Below are positions 1 to 10,854 of a stretch of DNA of 64,000 nucleotides, piece by piece. Origin of the DNA: an uncultured Acidobacteriota bacterium. Its GTDB lineage: Bacteria > Acidobacteriota > UBA6911. The stretch is taken from positions 726,673 through 790,672 of the forward strand of contig CAWEJX010000007.1 in NCBI GenBank assembly GCA_963809485.1, read 5' to 3'. Both the position numbers and the translations under genes were made by a program. A model generated the notes under the pieces. That model was not told where the DNA came from and did not search any database. It saw only the letters and a list, made by a program, of their open reading frames with translations. The stretch's first letter is position 1. Each line of letters opens with the position of its first letter.

Positions 1-183
<183 letters not shown>

Positions 184-257
184 TCATTCTAGCATAATGG
201 TAAGAGAGAGACCCGGAGCGGCGTTTAGCGCCGGGATAGACGGCTGTATGTGGAAGG

Positions 258-317
258 TGGAACGTGAAACGTGGAAAATTCGTTCAAACGTTCAACGTTC
301 AAACGTTTCCACGTTCA
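258..317. repeat. Family B AACGTT-based short tandem array
   Basis: ggaacgtgaaacgtgg...cgttcaaacgttcaacgttcaaacgtttccacgttc. Confidence 0.8.
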
Positions 318-328
318 CGGATGCGATT

Positions 329-1396
329 ATGGCTACGCTGGGGGAAGTGCTTCAGCAATACACAGTCCTGGGGGACTTATTCGAAACGCTGGACGGCGGG
401 CGGGTGCGGTGCTTTGCCTGCGCGCACCGCTGCACCATCGCGAACGGGGAGACGGGATTCTGCCGTCTGCGCGTCAACCGCGCAGGCAAGCTCTACGTGC
501 CTTTCGGGTACGTGTCGGGCGCTCAATGCGACCCGGTGGAGAAAAAACCTTTCTTTCACGTGCGTCCCGGCGCTGCCGCTTACAGCTTCGGCATGCTGGG
601 ATGCAATTTCCACTGCAGTTTCTGCCAGAACTGGGTGACCTCGCAGGCGTTGCGCGAATCCATCGCGGTCTCCCCTCCCTTCCGGACGACGCCCGACGAG
701 CTTGTCCGGTCGGCTCTCGATCACGGGGCGGAGATCGTCGTCAGCACCTATAACGAACCGCTGATCACCAGCGAGTGGGCTGTGGCGGTGTTCCGGAAAG
801 CCCGGGCCGCCGGTCTGTTGACGGCTTATGTTTCCAACGGATATGCAACCCGGGAATCGCTCGAATACCTGCGTCCCTGGCTGGACCTTTATAAAGTCGA
901 CCTGAAGAGTTTCGACGAAGGCCGTTACCGGCGCCTGGGAGGACAGCTGCAGCCGATCCTCGAAACCATTCGCAGCCTTTACGAGATGGGATTATGGGTG
1001 GAGATCGTTACCCTGCTCATACCGGGATTCAACGATTCCGAGGAAGAACTGATCCGCCTGACGGAGTTTATCGGCGGAGTCTCTCCCGATATCCCGTGGC
1101 ACGTTACCGCCTTCCACAAGGACTACAAAATGACCGGTCCGGAAAACACCGTTCCCGGAGACCTTGCCCGAGCCGCCGCAATCGGACGGAAAAGCGGGCT
1201 GCGGTATATTTATGCTGGAAACCTGCCCGGAAGATCGGGGACCTCGGAGAACACCTACTGTCCCGGGTGCAGCCAACTGCTGGTGGAGCGCTACGGATAC
1301 CGCATCCTCAAGAACCGGCTGACCCCCGAAGGCGTCTGTCCCTCGTGCAGCCTGGCTATCCCCGGCAGGTGGGCGGACCGCTCCGCTACTCGATGA
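329..1396 (+). CDS. amrS: AmmeMemoRadiSam system radical SAM enzyme
   Basis: CFACAHRC..GFCRLR, DPVEKKP, GCNFHCSFCQNW (CxxxCxxC), YNEP, C-terminal CPGC/CPSC; start set at ATG 329 because the upstream part of the ORF translates repeat B. Confidence 0.9.
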   Translation: MATLGEVLQQYTVLGDLFETLDGGRVRCFACAHRCTIANGETGFCRLRVNRAGKLYVPFGYVSGAQCDPVEKKPFFHVRPGAAAYSFGMLGCNFHCSFCQNWVTSQALRESIAVSPPFRTTPDELVRSALDHGAEIVVSTYNEPLITSEWAVAVFRKARAAGLLTAYVSNGYATRESLEYLRPWLDLYKVDLKSFDEGRYRRLGGQLQPILETIRSLYEMGLWVEIVTLLIPGFNDSEEELIRLTEFIGGVSPDIPWHVTAFHKDYKMTGPENTVPGDLARAAAIGRKSGLRYIYAGNLPGRSGTSENTYCPGCSQLLVERYGYRILKNRLTPEGVCPSCSLAIPGRWADRSATR

Positions 1397-1643
1397 GATA
1401 AAAAATATCCACGCCGTCCCGGCATCCCTCGAGCGCACTGTTCAGCATGGAAATCAGGTCGCCGTCCGCGCCCTTTTCCTTCAGATGTTCCAGCGTGTCG
1501 GAGCTGAGAAAGTATTCCTCGTCCTCGTCAAACTCTTCCTCGAGGTTGTCGATCAGGAAGTCCAGTTGCTGTTCCGTTATCTTTCCCAGAACCTCACGCT
1601 CATAGGTGTCGCAGTCCTGCTTATAAAGCCGTATCGTGTCCAT
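1386..1643 (-). CDS. Small acidic hypothetical protein
   Basis: 85-aa ORF MDTIRLYKQ...ITEQQLDFLIDNLEEE, convergent with amrS. Confidence 0.65.
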   Translation of the reverse strand: MDTIRLYKQDCDTYEREVLGKITEQQLDFLIDNLEEEFDEDEEYFLSSDTLEHLKEKGADGDLISMLNSALEGCRDGVDIFYLIE

Positions 1644-1706
1644 CCTGTTTCCCCAAAAATGAATCCACAATATCTATATATTTCCCCATAGTAGAAATCA
1701 ATGCTG

Positions 1707-1787
1707 TAACGCCGACGGACGCTGACAAAAAATAAATATATATGTTGTCGGCGTGCGTCGGCGTTTTTGTCGGCGTATGTCAGCGTT
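1707..1787. repeat. Family A palindromic repeat (ACGCYGAC arms, AT-rich centre)
   Basis: taacgccgacggacgctgacaaaaaataaatatatatgttgtcggcgtgcgtcggcg...gtcagcgtt; abuts the anSME stop codon. Confidence 0.9.
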
Positions 1788-3070
1788 CAGACCGATTTGC
1801 CCATGCAGCATTTCTTATATTTGAGGCCGCTGCCGCAGGGGCAGGGATCGTTGCGGCCCGGTGTTGCCGCGCGCGCCGGGCTGCGGGCCCGCGCGAGCCC
1901 GGCGACTTTGTCGAAGAACGGGCGGCTGTAGGTGAAGAATCTCTTGTAGCCCCGGCAGAGGTAATTCAGTCCCGGTTCCCCGTCCGGTGTGAGCAGGAAA
2001 CGGTCCTTGGGGCAGCCGCCATTGCACATATCCAGGACCTCGCACTCTCGGCAAAAGCGCGGCAGCGCATCCCGTTTGGCCGCGCCGAAGGATTTCTGCT
2101 CCGGGCTCTCGAGCATTTCCGTCAACAGCTTCTCCCGTATATTGCCGAGGCGGTGCTTTTCGTCCACATAGTGATCGCAGGAATAGAAATCCCCGTTGCG
2201 CTCGACCACCGGGATGTCGCCGCAGGTTTCGCGGAAAATGCAAAGGGAATGATCCTGCCCCTGGGACGGCCGGGCCGCCTCCTCGAATATCTGAACGGCG
2301 ACGCGGCCGATGTCGCGTTGAGTCCATTCGCCGAAAATCGCGCACAGGAACTCCCCGTAAGCATCCGCCGGCACATTATAATCGGGCGAGCCTGAGGTAT
2401 TTCCCTGCGGCCGGTTGACAATGGGAAGGAAGCTCAAATACGTTGCGCCGGCCTCTTTGAAATATCGATAGACTTCGAGCGGATGTCCCACGTTCCTGTC
2501 ATGCACGGCGCACAGGATGTCGCAGGGGACGCCGCGCACTTTCAGGTTTTCAAACGCGCGCACAGCCGCCGCGTGTGTGGGCCCGCCGCCGCGTGTGACG
2601 CGGCAGCAGTCGTGCAGTTCCGGCGGGCCGTCCAGGCTCAGGCCCACGCTGAATTTTTCCGCGGCCAGGAAACGGCACCACTCGTCGTCGAGCAGGGTGC
2701 CGTTGGTCTGAATGCCGTTGAAAATGCGCTTGTTGCGCGGCAGGTGCCGGCGTTGCAGAGCCACGAGGCCGCGAAAATAATCCAGACCCGCGAGGGTTGG
2801 CTCGCCGCCATGCCAGGAGAAGGAGATTACGGGGCCGGGCGACGCCTGGATATGCCGGATGACGTAATCCTCCAGGATCGCCTGGGGCATGCGGAATCCT
2901 TCATCCGCTCCTCCACCAGGCTGTTTGCCGATGTAGTAGCAGTAACGGCAGTCCAGGTTGCAGAGCGGGCCCACGGGTTTGGCGAAAACCTGGAATTCAC
3001 GGGATGCCGAGAATTTCCCGGAGCTCGCCTTCGATCCCCGGGGCGCAGACGATGCAGTGCTTAGCGTCAA
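1787..3070 (-). CDS. Anaerobic sulfatase maturase (radical SAM/SPASM) with C-terminal SEC-C motif
   Basis: CNLDCRYCYY, WHGGEP, QTNG, SPASM Cys pattern (CIFRETC, YSCDH, CRECEVLDMCNGGCP), PGRNDPCPCGSGLKYKKCC; start uncertain. Confidence 0.9.
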   Translation of the reverse strand: MTLSTASSAPRGSKASSGKFSASREFQVFAKPVGPLCNLDCRYCYYIGKQPGGGADEGFRMPQAILEDYVIRHIQASPGPVISFSWHGGEPTLAGLDYFRGLVALQRRHLPRNKRIFNGIQTNGTLLDDEWCRFLAAEKFSVGLSLDGPPELHDCCRVTRGGGPTHAAAVRAFENLKVRGVPCDILCAVHDRNVGHPLEVYRYFKEAGATYLSFLPIVNRPQGNTSGSPDYNVPADAYGEFLCAIFGEWTQRDIGRVAVQIFEEAARPSQGQDHSLCIFRETCGDIPVVERNGDFYSCDHYVDEKHRLGNIREKLLTEMLESPEQKSFGAAKRDALPRFCRECEVLDMCNGGCPKDRFLLTPDGEPGLNYLCRGYKRFFTYSRPFFDKVAGLARARSPARAATPGRNDPCPCGSGLKYKKCCMGKSV

Positions 3071-3764
3071 TTCGGTTGTCTCCCCCTTTTGTCAGAAACC
3101 GCGCCCCGCATTCCTGCGCGACGACCTGGACGGGGGCGTAGTCCCACTCCATGCCGCGTCCGCTCAACCAGATATCCGCCTTGCCTCTCGCCAGCATGAT
3201 GACGTCGTAACAGCCGCCGTAACAGCGGACGGTCCAGCATTTTTGCGTGAGCAGGCGAACGGCTTCCGGCGGCCAGGAGTTCCATGCCTCTTTGAACCCG
3301 CTCACCATGAGGACGGATTTGTCCACTCTTGATATGCGGGACGCGCTCACACGCCCGCCATTCCAGAAACAGCCCTTGCCGTCGGCCGCGTGCAGCGTTT
3401 CATCCAGGCAGGGACAATGAATCACACCCAGGACGACCTGCGAACCGGCCTGCAGCGCCAGCTGCACCGACCAGAACGCGTTGCGGCGGACGAAATCCCG
3501 AGTGCCGTCAATCGGGTCGATGATCCAGCGGCGGCCGGACCGGGAAGGCACGCGCGCACCCTCTTCGCCCAGGATTCCGTCGTCGGGGAATTGTTCGTTC
3601 AGGGCGCCGCAGATGAGTTTTTCGCACTCACGGTCCGCCACGGTCACAGGCGAAGCGTCGGATTTTTCTTCAGCCGGCACCGACCGGTCAAAGTAATACA
3701 TCGCCTTCTCGCCGGCTTTGCGCGCAATTTGAATCGCCGTCTCAAGTTCGCCGTCGTATGTCAT
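2997..3764 (-). CDS. Inositol monophosphatase family protein (HisN-like)
   Basis: SPVTVADRE, GILGEE, WIIDPIDGT, WDYAP. Confidence 0.88.
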   Translation of the reverse strand: MTYDGELETAIQIARKAGEKAMYYFDRSVPAEEKSDASPVTVADRECEKLICGALNEQFPDDGILGEEGARVPSRSGRRWIIDPIDGTRDFVRRNAFWSVQLALQAGSQVVLGVIHCPCLDETLHAADGKGCFWNGGRVSASRISRVDKSVLMVSGFKEAWNSWPPEAVRLLTQKCWTVRCYGGCYDVIMLARGKADIWLSGRGMEWDYAPVQVVAQECGARFLTKGGDNRIDAKHCIVCAPGIEGELREILGIP

Positions 3765-3822
3765 AGAAGCCCCGACCAATATGCCACAACAGGCTGCAGG
3801 TGTCCAAGTCGACGCATCCTGG

Positions 3823-3900
3823 TCGACGCACGCTGACAAAAAAATTAAATATATAAATTGTCGGCGTGCGTCGGCGTTTTGTCAGCGTCTGTCAGCGTTT
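3823..3900. repeat. Family A palindromic repeat
   Basis: gacgcacgctgacaaaaaaattaaatatataaattgtcggcgtgcgtcggcgttttgtcagcgtctgtcagcgtt. Confidence 0.9.
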
Positions 3901-3915
3901 AATTTTTATCCTGCG

Positions 3916-6294
3916 CTATTTTTTCATTTCGACAAGAGTGGAGCCGCCGCTGCCCTGGCCGGGCGGCGCGAGGCTGAAGCGCTCCACCTGGGGGTGGCCG
4001 GACAGGAACTGCGCAATCGCTTTGCGCAGGATGCCTTTGCCGTGCCCGTGAATAATGCGCACATTTTCAGTGCCGGCAAGAAAAGCCTGGTCCAAAAACT
4101 TGTCGACCCGCTCGATCGCTTCGTCCGCCGTCAGGCCGATCACTTTGAGTTCGGAAACAGCCGGCTCATTCAGGTCGTCGTCCGCCGGCAAAGGACGCGC
4201 CGGCGGGGAAGGCACGGCCGCTGCACCGCGGATTTTGGCCAGGTCGTCGCGGCCGGCACGGTAGCGCAAGGCGCCGACGATCACGACGTAGGTGCTGTCG
4301 CGGATGGTTTCCACCGTGCCATCCCGATCCAGGGACCGTATCCGGACCCGGTCCCCTTCCAGGATCTCTTCCGTGCCCGTGTCGGCGGCAGCCTCTTCAC
4401 GCCCGGAATCCGGAAAATTGGCAGTCCGGCGCAGTGCCGCGGATTTCCTGCGCAGCTCGGCTGCCTGGTTTTCGGCGCTCCTTTTGATCCTGGCGGCCTC
4501 GATCCTGTCTTTGACCGAACGCACCGCGCGTTCACTTTCGGTTTTGAACTCGGCGACCACGCGGGCAAGCGCCGCGTCGAACTCCGCACGGCGAGCCTGC
4601 TCGCGGTCGGCGAATTCGGCATCCAGCTTCGAATATTTTTCGGCGACGGCCGCACGCTCCTCTTCCAGCGAAGCCCGGAGGTTTTCCATCCCGTCCAGGG
4701 TCTCTTTCAGCCTGAGCAGGTATTCGCGCGCCTGGGCGTGGCTCGGCTCCACGAGCGCGGCCGCTGCCGCCAGAATCTCTTCGGTCACATTCATCCTTCT
4801 CGCGATTTCCAGCCCGGAGGAGGCCCCGGCGATTCCGAGTATCAGCCGGTAGGTGGGCCGGAGCGTCCGTTCGTCAAACTCGACGGAAGCGTTCCTTACC
4901 CCTTCCGTCTGCGAAGCCCACATCTTCAGCCCCGGGTAATGCGTGGAGGCGACGGTCATGGCGCCGGTCCGGCGGAAATAGTCCACGATCGCAACCGCCA
5001 GGGCGGCTCCCTCGTCGGGATCCGTTCCGGTCCCCACTTCGTCGAGCAGTATGAGCGCCGCGGGCCGCACGCTCTGCGCCATCCCGCCGATGTTGCGCAT
5101 GTGCGCCGTGAAGGTGGAGAGGTTGGCGGCGATGGACTGCTGGTCGCCTATGTCGGCGAATACCTGGTCGAAGACCGGCAGGACCGCTTCACGGGCGGGC
5201 ACGTGAAACCCCATCTGCGCCATGAGCGAAACGAGCCCGAGCGTTTTGAGCACGACCGTTTTCCCGCCTGCGTTGGGCCCGCTGATGACCAGCACCCTGC
5301 AGTTCCCGTCCAGCTCGAGCGAAATCGGCACCGCGCTCCCGCCCGAGGCGCGCAACGAGTGCTCGAGCAGGATGTGCCGGGCATCGCGCAGCATCAATTC
5401 CTTCCCGCCCGAAATCTGCGGCGCCGTGCACTGGAATTCCATTGCGAAGCCGGCCCTGGCCTGCACGACGTCCAGTTCCGTCAGGACCTCGATCGTCACG
5501 CGGATCGCGTCGAGGTGCTCCCTCAGGGATTGCGTGATCGAAAGTAGAATCCGGGACACCTCGATCTCTTCCTGCTCCCGCAGCCGCACGAGATCGTTGT
5601 TCTGGTTGATGACCGTCATCGGTTCGACAAAGGTTGTCTGGCCGCTCGACGAGAGTCCGTGCACGACGCCGGGCACCTGGCCGCGCGAATCGGTCCGCAC
5701 CGGGATGACGAAACGGCCGTTGCGGAACGTGATGAGGTCTTCCTGGACCGCCTGCGCCTGTGCCCGCAGGATGGATTCCAGCGCGCGGTGTATGCGCATC
5801 CTGCGGCTGGTGAGATCGCGGCGCAGATCGCGGAGCTCGGGGCTGGCGTTGTCGTCGATTTCCCCGTTGGGAAGTATTTTGCCGTGGATGGCCGCCAGCA
5901 GGAGTTTCAGGTCCGGGATGCGGGAAGCCGCGCCCAGCAGATGCGCATAGAGCCCCCCGGATGCGGCGGCCCGGATCTGCTCGCGCACCTCCCTGCCGAC
6001 GAAGAGAATGCGCTCGAGCGCAAGGATCTGTTTGGGTTCCAGCGCGGACCCTTCTATGTGCAGCTGGGCCAGGATCGGCGCCGGATCCTCGATGCCCGAC
6101 AGGCCGAACCGCCCCTGCGTGGACAGGTAGGAGATGCATTCACCCGTTGTTTCAAGCTCGCGCAGAATGTCGGGGCGGGAGGCGGAAGGTCGCAGGTTCA
6201 TCATCCGCATGCGCCCCGGCTCCGTCTGCACGTGCCGCGCCGCCAGCGCGATAAGGCCCTTAAGCTCCAGAGTGTCGAATGTGCGCTCATCCAT
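3916..6294 (-). CDS. mutS2: Endonuclease MutS2
   Basis: GVVHGLSSSGQT, ISGPNAGGKT, DIGDQQSIAANLSTF, LDEVGTGTDP, C-terminal Smr IIHGHGKGILR. Confidence 0.95.
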   Translation of the reverse strand: MDERTFDTLELKGLIALAARHVQTEPGRMRMMNLRPSASRPDILRELETTGECISYLSTQGRFGLSGIEDPAPILAQLHIEGSALEPKQILALERILFVGREVREQIRAAASGGLYAHLLGAASRIPDLKLLLAAIHGKILPNGEIDDNASPELRDLRRDLTSRRMRIHRALESILRAQAQAVQEDLITFRNGRFVIPVRTDSRGQVPGVVHGLSSSGQTTFVEPMTVINQNNDLVRLREQEEIEVSRILLSITQSLREHLDAIRVTIEVLTELDVVQARAGFAMEFQCTAPQISGGKELMLRDARHILLEHSLRASGGSAVPISLELDGNCRVLVISGPNAGGKTVVLKTLGLVSLMAQMGFHVPAREAVLPVFDQVFADIGDQQSIAANLSTFTAHMRNIGGMAQSVRPAALILLDEVGTGTDPDEGAALAVAIVDYFRRTGAMTVASTHYPGLKMWASQTEGVRNASVEFDERTLRPTYRLILGIAGASSGLEIARRMNVTEEILAAAAALVEPSHAQAREYLLRLKETLDGMENLRASLEEERAAVAEKYSKLDAEFADREQARRAEFDAALARVVAEFKTESERAVRSVKDRIEAARIKRSAENQAAELRRKSAALRRTANFPDSGREEAAADTGTEEILEGDRVRIRSLDRDGTVETIRDSTYVVIVGALRYRAGRDDLAKIRGAAAVPSPPARPLPADDDLNEPAVSELKVIGLTADEAIERVDKFLDQAFLAGTENVRIIHGHGKGILRKAIAQFLSGHPQVERFSLAPPGQGSGGSTLVEMKK

Positions 6295-6311
6295 AAAAAG
6301 CCCTTTTAAAG

Positions 6312-6335
6312 CCTGTAACCTGCAACCTGTAACCT
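6312..6335. repeat. 7-bp periodic microrepeat (cctgtaa/cctgcaa)
   Basis: cctgtaacctgcaacctgtaacct between argF and mutS2; related caggttacaggttg at ~48350. Confidence 0.5.
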
Positions 6336-6345
6336 TCAACCGGAA

Positions 6346-7263
6346 TTATTGCATGAGCGCGAGGAGGATGGCTTTCTGGGCGTGGAGACGGTTCTCCGCC
6401 TGCCGGAAAACGACCGAATGCTCCGAGTCCATGACGGACGCCGAGACTTCCTCGCCCCGATGTGCGGGGAGACAGTGCATGAAGACGTAGTCGGGCTTGG
6501 CGCGCCGGGCAACGGCGTCGTTCACCTGGAAGGAACGGAAAATTTTCTTCCTTTTGGCCGCCTCGGATTCCAGGCCCATGCTTGCCCAGACATCCGTGTA
6601 AAGCACGTCCGCCCCGTCCGCCGCGGCCAAAGGATCGTGCAGAATTTCGAGTTTGCACCCGCTATCGGATGCGTTGTTCCGGGCCCATTCCACCACCCCG
6701 GCGTCGGGTTCGTACCCTCTGGGAGTGGCGACGGCCAGGCGCGATCCGAAGCGGGCGGCCGCATAAATCAGCGAGTGGGCAACATTGTTCCCGTCGCCGA
6801 TGTAGGCAATCTTCACTTTCCGCAGATTCCCCTTTTCTTCGAAGATCGTCATATAGTCGGCCATCGCCTGGCAGGGATGGCTGAAATCGGTGAGCCCGTT
6901 GATGACCGGAATCCCGGCGGCTTCGGCCATCTCTTTCACATTATCGTGGCTGAAAGTGCGGATCATGATCCCCTGGACCATGCGCTCGAGGTTTTTCGCC
7001 ACGTCGCTCACGGCTTCCCGCTTGCCGAGGCTGATTTCGGCCTGGCCCAGGTGCACGCTGAATCCGCCCAGCTGATGGATCCCGACATCGAAGGAAACCC
7101 GCGTCCGCAGGGAAGGCTTTTCAAAAATCATGGCGAGAGCCTTGCCGGCGAGCTTTTTGGCGTATTTGGCCGGATCGGCCTTGACCGCAAGCGCCGTGGA
7201 GAGCAGTTTGTTCAAATCATGGGCCGGCCAGTCCCGGATGGAAATAAAATCTTTGTTCTTCAT
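6346..7263 (-). CDS. argF: Ornithine carbamoyltransferase
   Basis: FEKPSLRTR, HPCQ, GDGNN, TDVWASMG, HCLPAHRGEE, AENRLH. Confidence 0.97.
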   Translation of the reverse strand: MKNKDFISIRDWPAHDLNKLLSTALAVKADPAKYAKKLAGKALAMIFEKPSLRTRVSFDVGIHQLGGFSVHLGQAEISLGKREAVSDVAKNLERMVQGIMIRTFSHDNVKEMAEAAGIPVINGLTDFSHPCQAMADYMTIFEEKGNLRKVKIAYIGDGNNVAHSLIYAAARFGSRLAVATPRGYEPDAGVVEWARNNASDSGCKLEILHDPLAAADGADVLYTDVWASMGLESEAAKRKKIFRSFQVNDAVARRAKPDYVFMHCLPAHRGEEVSASVMDSEHSVVFRQAENRLHAQKAILLALMQ

Positions 7264-7343
7264 GTGTTTCACCTGTCAAAGGTCGAAACCACATAGTTTA
7301 TCGAAAAACCTGTGCCCAAGCCACATTTACCGTCCGTCAAATT

Positions 7344-7442
7344 TAACGCTGACGCACGCCGATAGACGCTGACGCACGCTGAAAAACTATCAAATAAGTC
7401 TGTCAGCGTCTGTCGGCGTTTGGTCCTCGTATGTCGGCGTTA
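7344..7442. repeat. Family A palindromic repeat
   Basis: ttaacgctgacgcacgccga...gtcggcgtta; the outer end supplies the TAA stop of qor. Confidence 0.9.
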
Positions 7443-8411
7443 CATCGTTTCAAGCAGGACCTTGCCGGCGGTCTTCCTGGACTCCAGGGCTTCCTGGGCC
7501 TGCGCGGCTTTGCTGAGGGGATAAACGTGGTGGATGCGGATCTTCAGGCTTCCCTCGGCAATCCATCTCAGCACGTCGCCGGCACGCCACAACAGCTCTT
7601 CGCGCGTGGCAGTGTAGTGGCCCATGCTGGGGCGGGTCAGGTACAACGACCCCCTGGGATTCAGGATATTCGGATCCAGGGGCGGGACGGGGCCGCTGGA
7701 CTGCCCGAAAAGGACCATCATCCCCCTCCGCCTCAGGCAGTTCAGGCTCCTGTCGAACGTGGCCCTGGCGACCGAGTCATAAACCACATCGACGCCCGCG
7801 CCGGCGGTGATCCTCTTCACCTCCTGCTCAAAATCGATCTGGCTGTAAAGAATCACGTGATGGGCCCCGGCGTTGCGCGCAAGCTCGGCTTTTTCCTCCG
7901 TGGACACCGTGCCGATGACGGTGGCGCCGATATTGCGGGCCATCTGCGTCAGCAGAAGGCCGACTCCCCCGGCCGCCGCGTGCAGCAGCACCGTTTCGCC
8001 GGCCTTCAGCGGATAGGTCGAGTGTGTCAGATAATGAGCCGTCATGCCCTGCAGCATCGCGGCTGCCGCCTTCTGAAAACTGATCCCGTCGGGCAATTTC
8101 ACCAGCTGCCCGGCGTCGACCAGGGAGTATTGGGCGTAGGATCCCATTACGCCGGCATACGCGACCCTGTCGCCCGGCTTGAGTTCCGTCACGTCCGGGC
8201 CCACGGACTCGACGATGCCGGCCGCCTCGTTCCCGGGAGTGAAGGGCAGAGCGGTTTTATACAGTCCCGTCCGGAAATAGATGTCGATGAAATTGAGCCC
8301 GGCGGCATGGACCTTTACCAGCGCCTGGCCCGGTCCCGGCCTGGGGAGCGAAATCTCCTCATAGACCAGCTTTTCAAGACCCCCGGTTTCATGGATTCGA
8401 ATGGCCTTCAT
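7440..8411 (-). CDS. qor: NADPH:quinone oxidoreductase (zeta-crystallin/MDR family)
   Basis: [51 protein letters not shown]. Confidence 0.92.
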   Translation of the reverse strand: MKAIRIHETGGLEKLVYEEISLPRPGPGQALVKVHAAGLNFIDIYFRTGLYKTALPFTPGNEAAGIVESVGPDVTELKPGDRVAYAGVMGSYAQYSLVDAGQLVKLPDGISFQKAAAAMLQGMTAHYLTHSTYPLKAGETVLLHAAAGGVGLLLTQMARNIGATVIGTVSTEEKAELARNAGAHHVILYSQIDFEQEVKRITAGAGVDVVYDSVARATFDRSLNCLRRRGMMVLFGQSSGPVPPLDPNILNPRGSLYLTRPSMGHYTATREELLWRAGDVLRWIAEGSLKIRIHHVYPLSKAAQAQEALESRKTAGKVLLETM

Positions 8412-8611
8412 AGGATTTGCCCCTCTCCTGTTTTTATTCACCTCTGTAATGTAGATTAACCCGCATCGGTGCGAAGAGTAAAGCGACGGCCTCGCGGATT
8501 CGGGGCAAAGCGGTGTCATTTGCTGCATCCTCTTCACACGGGCGGTATCGCAGGCGTAGAATGCCGGAAGTCGGAAACAGGCCAAAACAGTTCACAGCGG
8601 GAGGAAAAGAC

Positions 8612-9616
8612 ATGAAGCGGCGATCGATTAGGGGATTGTTGATGGCGGCCTTGCTGGCGGCCGCGATCCCGGTTTTGCGGGCGGAGGTAAAAACCGAGGA
8701 GAAAAGCCAGATGAAGATGGAAGGGATGATGGGCAGCATGATGGGCATGTTTGGCGGCAAGGCAGCCAAGGAAGGCCTGGTAAACACGGTCGCCGTCAAG
8801 GGCAACCGCAAAATGACGGTCAGTGAAGAAAACGGCGAGATCATCGACCTTGACGAGCAGAAGGTCTACAGCCTGAACATGAAAAAGAAAAACTACGAGG
8901 TGGTCACGTTCGACGAAATGCGCCGGCGCCTCGAGGAAGCGCGGAAAAAGGCTGCTGAGTCCTCCGGGAAGGATGCCGGGGAGGAATCCGAGCAGCAGAT
9001 GGAATTCGATTTTTCCCTGAAAGAATCCGGCCAGACCCGATCGATCAACGGCTACGATTGCCGCGAGGTAATCATGGCAATCACGGGTCACCAGAAGGGG
9101 AAGACGCTGGAAGAGGCCGGCGGCATGGTAATCACGTCCCACATGTGGCTCGGGCCGGAGATCCACGCAATGAAGGAAATCGCCGATTTCGATCAGCGCT
9201 ATGCAAGGGCCCTGAACATGATCGGCGGCATGGTGGGAGGGGCGGACCAGATGGCGATGGCCATGGCGCTGTACCCCGGGATGAAAAGCATGATCGGCAA
9301 GATGGAGGCGGAAAACGTCAATTTGAAGGGCGCCCAGATTCTTACGGAAATGGTCATGGAGGCGGTGCAGAACCCGTCTCAGGCGTCGGAGAAGCCCAAG
9401 GAGGAATCCGGGGGCTCGGGCGGGATGTCATCCATCGGGGGACTGGGAGGCATGCTGGGCCGCAGGATGTCTGGCAAGAAAGATAAGCAGGGGGAGGCAG
9501 CCCAGGCGACCGGGCGCGCGACCATCATGACCGTCAATCATGAACTGCTGAAAATCTACGAGAGCGTCTCGCCCTCGGACCTTGAAATCCCCGCCGGCTT
9601 TAAAGAGAAGAAGTAG
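8612..9616 (+). CDS. Secreted hypothetical protein
   Basis: GGAGG RBS before ATG 8612; signal peptide MKRRSIRGLLMAALLAAAIPVLRA; ends EIPAGFKEKK. Confidence 0.8.
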   Translation: MKRRSIRGLLMAALLAAAIPVLRAEVKTEEKSQMKMEGMMGSMMGMFGGKAAKEGLVNTVAVKGNRKMTVSEENGEIIDLDEQKVYSLNMKKKNYEVVTFDEMRRRLEEARKKAAESSGKDAGEESEQQMEFDFSLKESGQTRSINGYDCREVIMAITGHQKGKTLEEAGGMVITSHMWLGPEIHAMKEIADFDQRYARALNMIGGMVGGADQMAMAMALYPGMKSMIGKMEAENVNLKGAQILTEMVMEAVQNPSQASEKPKEESGGSGGMSSIGGLGGMLGRRMSGKKDKQGEAAQATGRATIMTVNHELLKIYESVSPSDLEIPAGFKEKK

Positions 9617-9629
9617 CTTCACGGCTCGG

Positions 9630-9725
9630 AAACGCTGACATACGCTGAAAGGACGCCGATGAAGGCCGACAAAAAATATAAAAAATCAGCGTAGGTCGGC
9701 GTTTTGTCGGCGTATGTCAGCGTTC
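9630..9725. repeat. Family A palindromic repeat
   Basis: aacgctgacatacgctga...aaaaatataaaaaatcagcgtaggtcggcg...gtcagcgtt. Confidence 0.9.
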
Positions 9726-9732
9726 ATACGCT

Positions 9733-10846
9733 TCAGGATAACCCGCTGCCGTAGACTTCCAGGGTTTTCTGCGCCGCAAGATCCCACGTCATCCGGGCGG
9801 CGCGCTCCAGGCCGCGTATGCGCAGTCCGGCGCGCAGTCCTTCGTCCTCGAGGACGCTCTCCAAAACCGCAGAAATGGACGCCGTGCTGGACGCGTCGAA
9901 AAACAGCGCGGCGTCCCCGGCAACCTCGCGCAGGCTCGGGATGTCGGAACACGCCACGGGTGTGCGGCACGCCATCGCTTCCAGCGGCGGCAGGCCGAAG
10001 CCTTCGTAAGCGCTGGGAAAAACAAATGCGCGCGCGTTGCCGTAAAGGAAGGGCAGGTCGGCTTCCGGGATGGTCCCCAGGAAGCGCACGCGGCCGCGCA
10101 AGGCCGAGCATCTCGACGCGGTGGCGCGCCTCCGGGTAGCGCGGATCCTTCGCTCCCGCCAGCAATAGCGACGGCGCGCCGCGCAGGCGGGCGTAAGCGT
10201 CGATGAGCGCGGGAAGGTTTTTGTGCGGCTTGTTGCTGCCCACATAGAGAAGATAGTTTTTCGGCAACGCATACTTTGCGCGCACATATGCGGACTCTTC
10301 CTCCGTGCATGGCCGGAAGGTCCTCCCGACGCCTTCGTGGATGACGGAAACACGGGCGCGCATGCCCGGGAAGGCGGCTTTCAGGTCGGATTGGGTCGCT
10401 TCCGACACGCAGATCACGCAGGCTGCGGCGCGCAATGCAAACGCGAGCGAAATGCGGTACCAGGCTCGCTGCCAGGGTGTGAAATATTGGGGAAGGCGCA
10501 GGGGAATGATGTCGTGGACCGTCAGCACGAAGGGGCGCGGCGACGCATAGGGCACGTTCCAGTGAAGGAAATGTGTCCGCTCAGGCGCCAGCCGCCGCAG
10601 GCTGCGGGGCAGGTGCACCTGCTCGCGCACCGAGAAGGGAGTCGCAGACGTGTGCACCAGCCGGACATTTTCTTCCGACGCAATCGCGGCGAGATTGTAG
10701 CGCGTGTTCGCCAGTCCCGGATTGTGCACCAGCACCAGTTCGCCCCGGTTTTTCTGGCGCGCCAGCGCGCTCACCAGGTGATAGGCATAGCGCCCGATGC
10801 CCGGGAAATGGTCGCTGATGGTGCGCACATCAATGACGGTCCGCAT
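9733..10846 (-). CDS. Glycosyltransferase family 4 (one frameshift near 10099)
   Basis: N-part PGIGRY, TVHDIIP, VGSNKPHKN in one frame; FVFPSAYEGFGLPPLEAMAC in another. Confidence 0.85.
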
Positions 10847-10854
10847 GTCTCGCC

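Noticed and set aside
3781-5547. Long antisense ORFs (also 17383-18564, 32222-33898, 41040-42779, 42851-44845)
   Set aside because: They are shadows of well-supported genes on the opposite strand in GC-rich DNA and carry no recognisable motifs.
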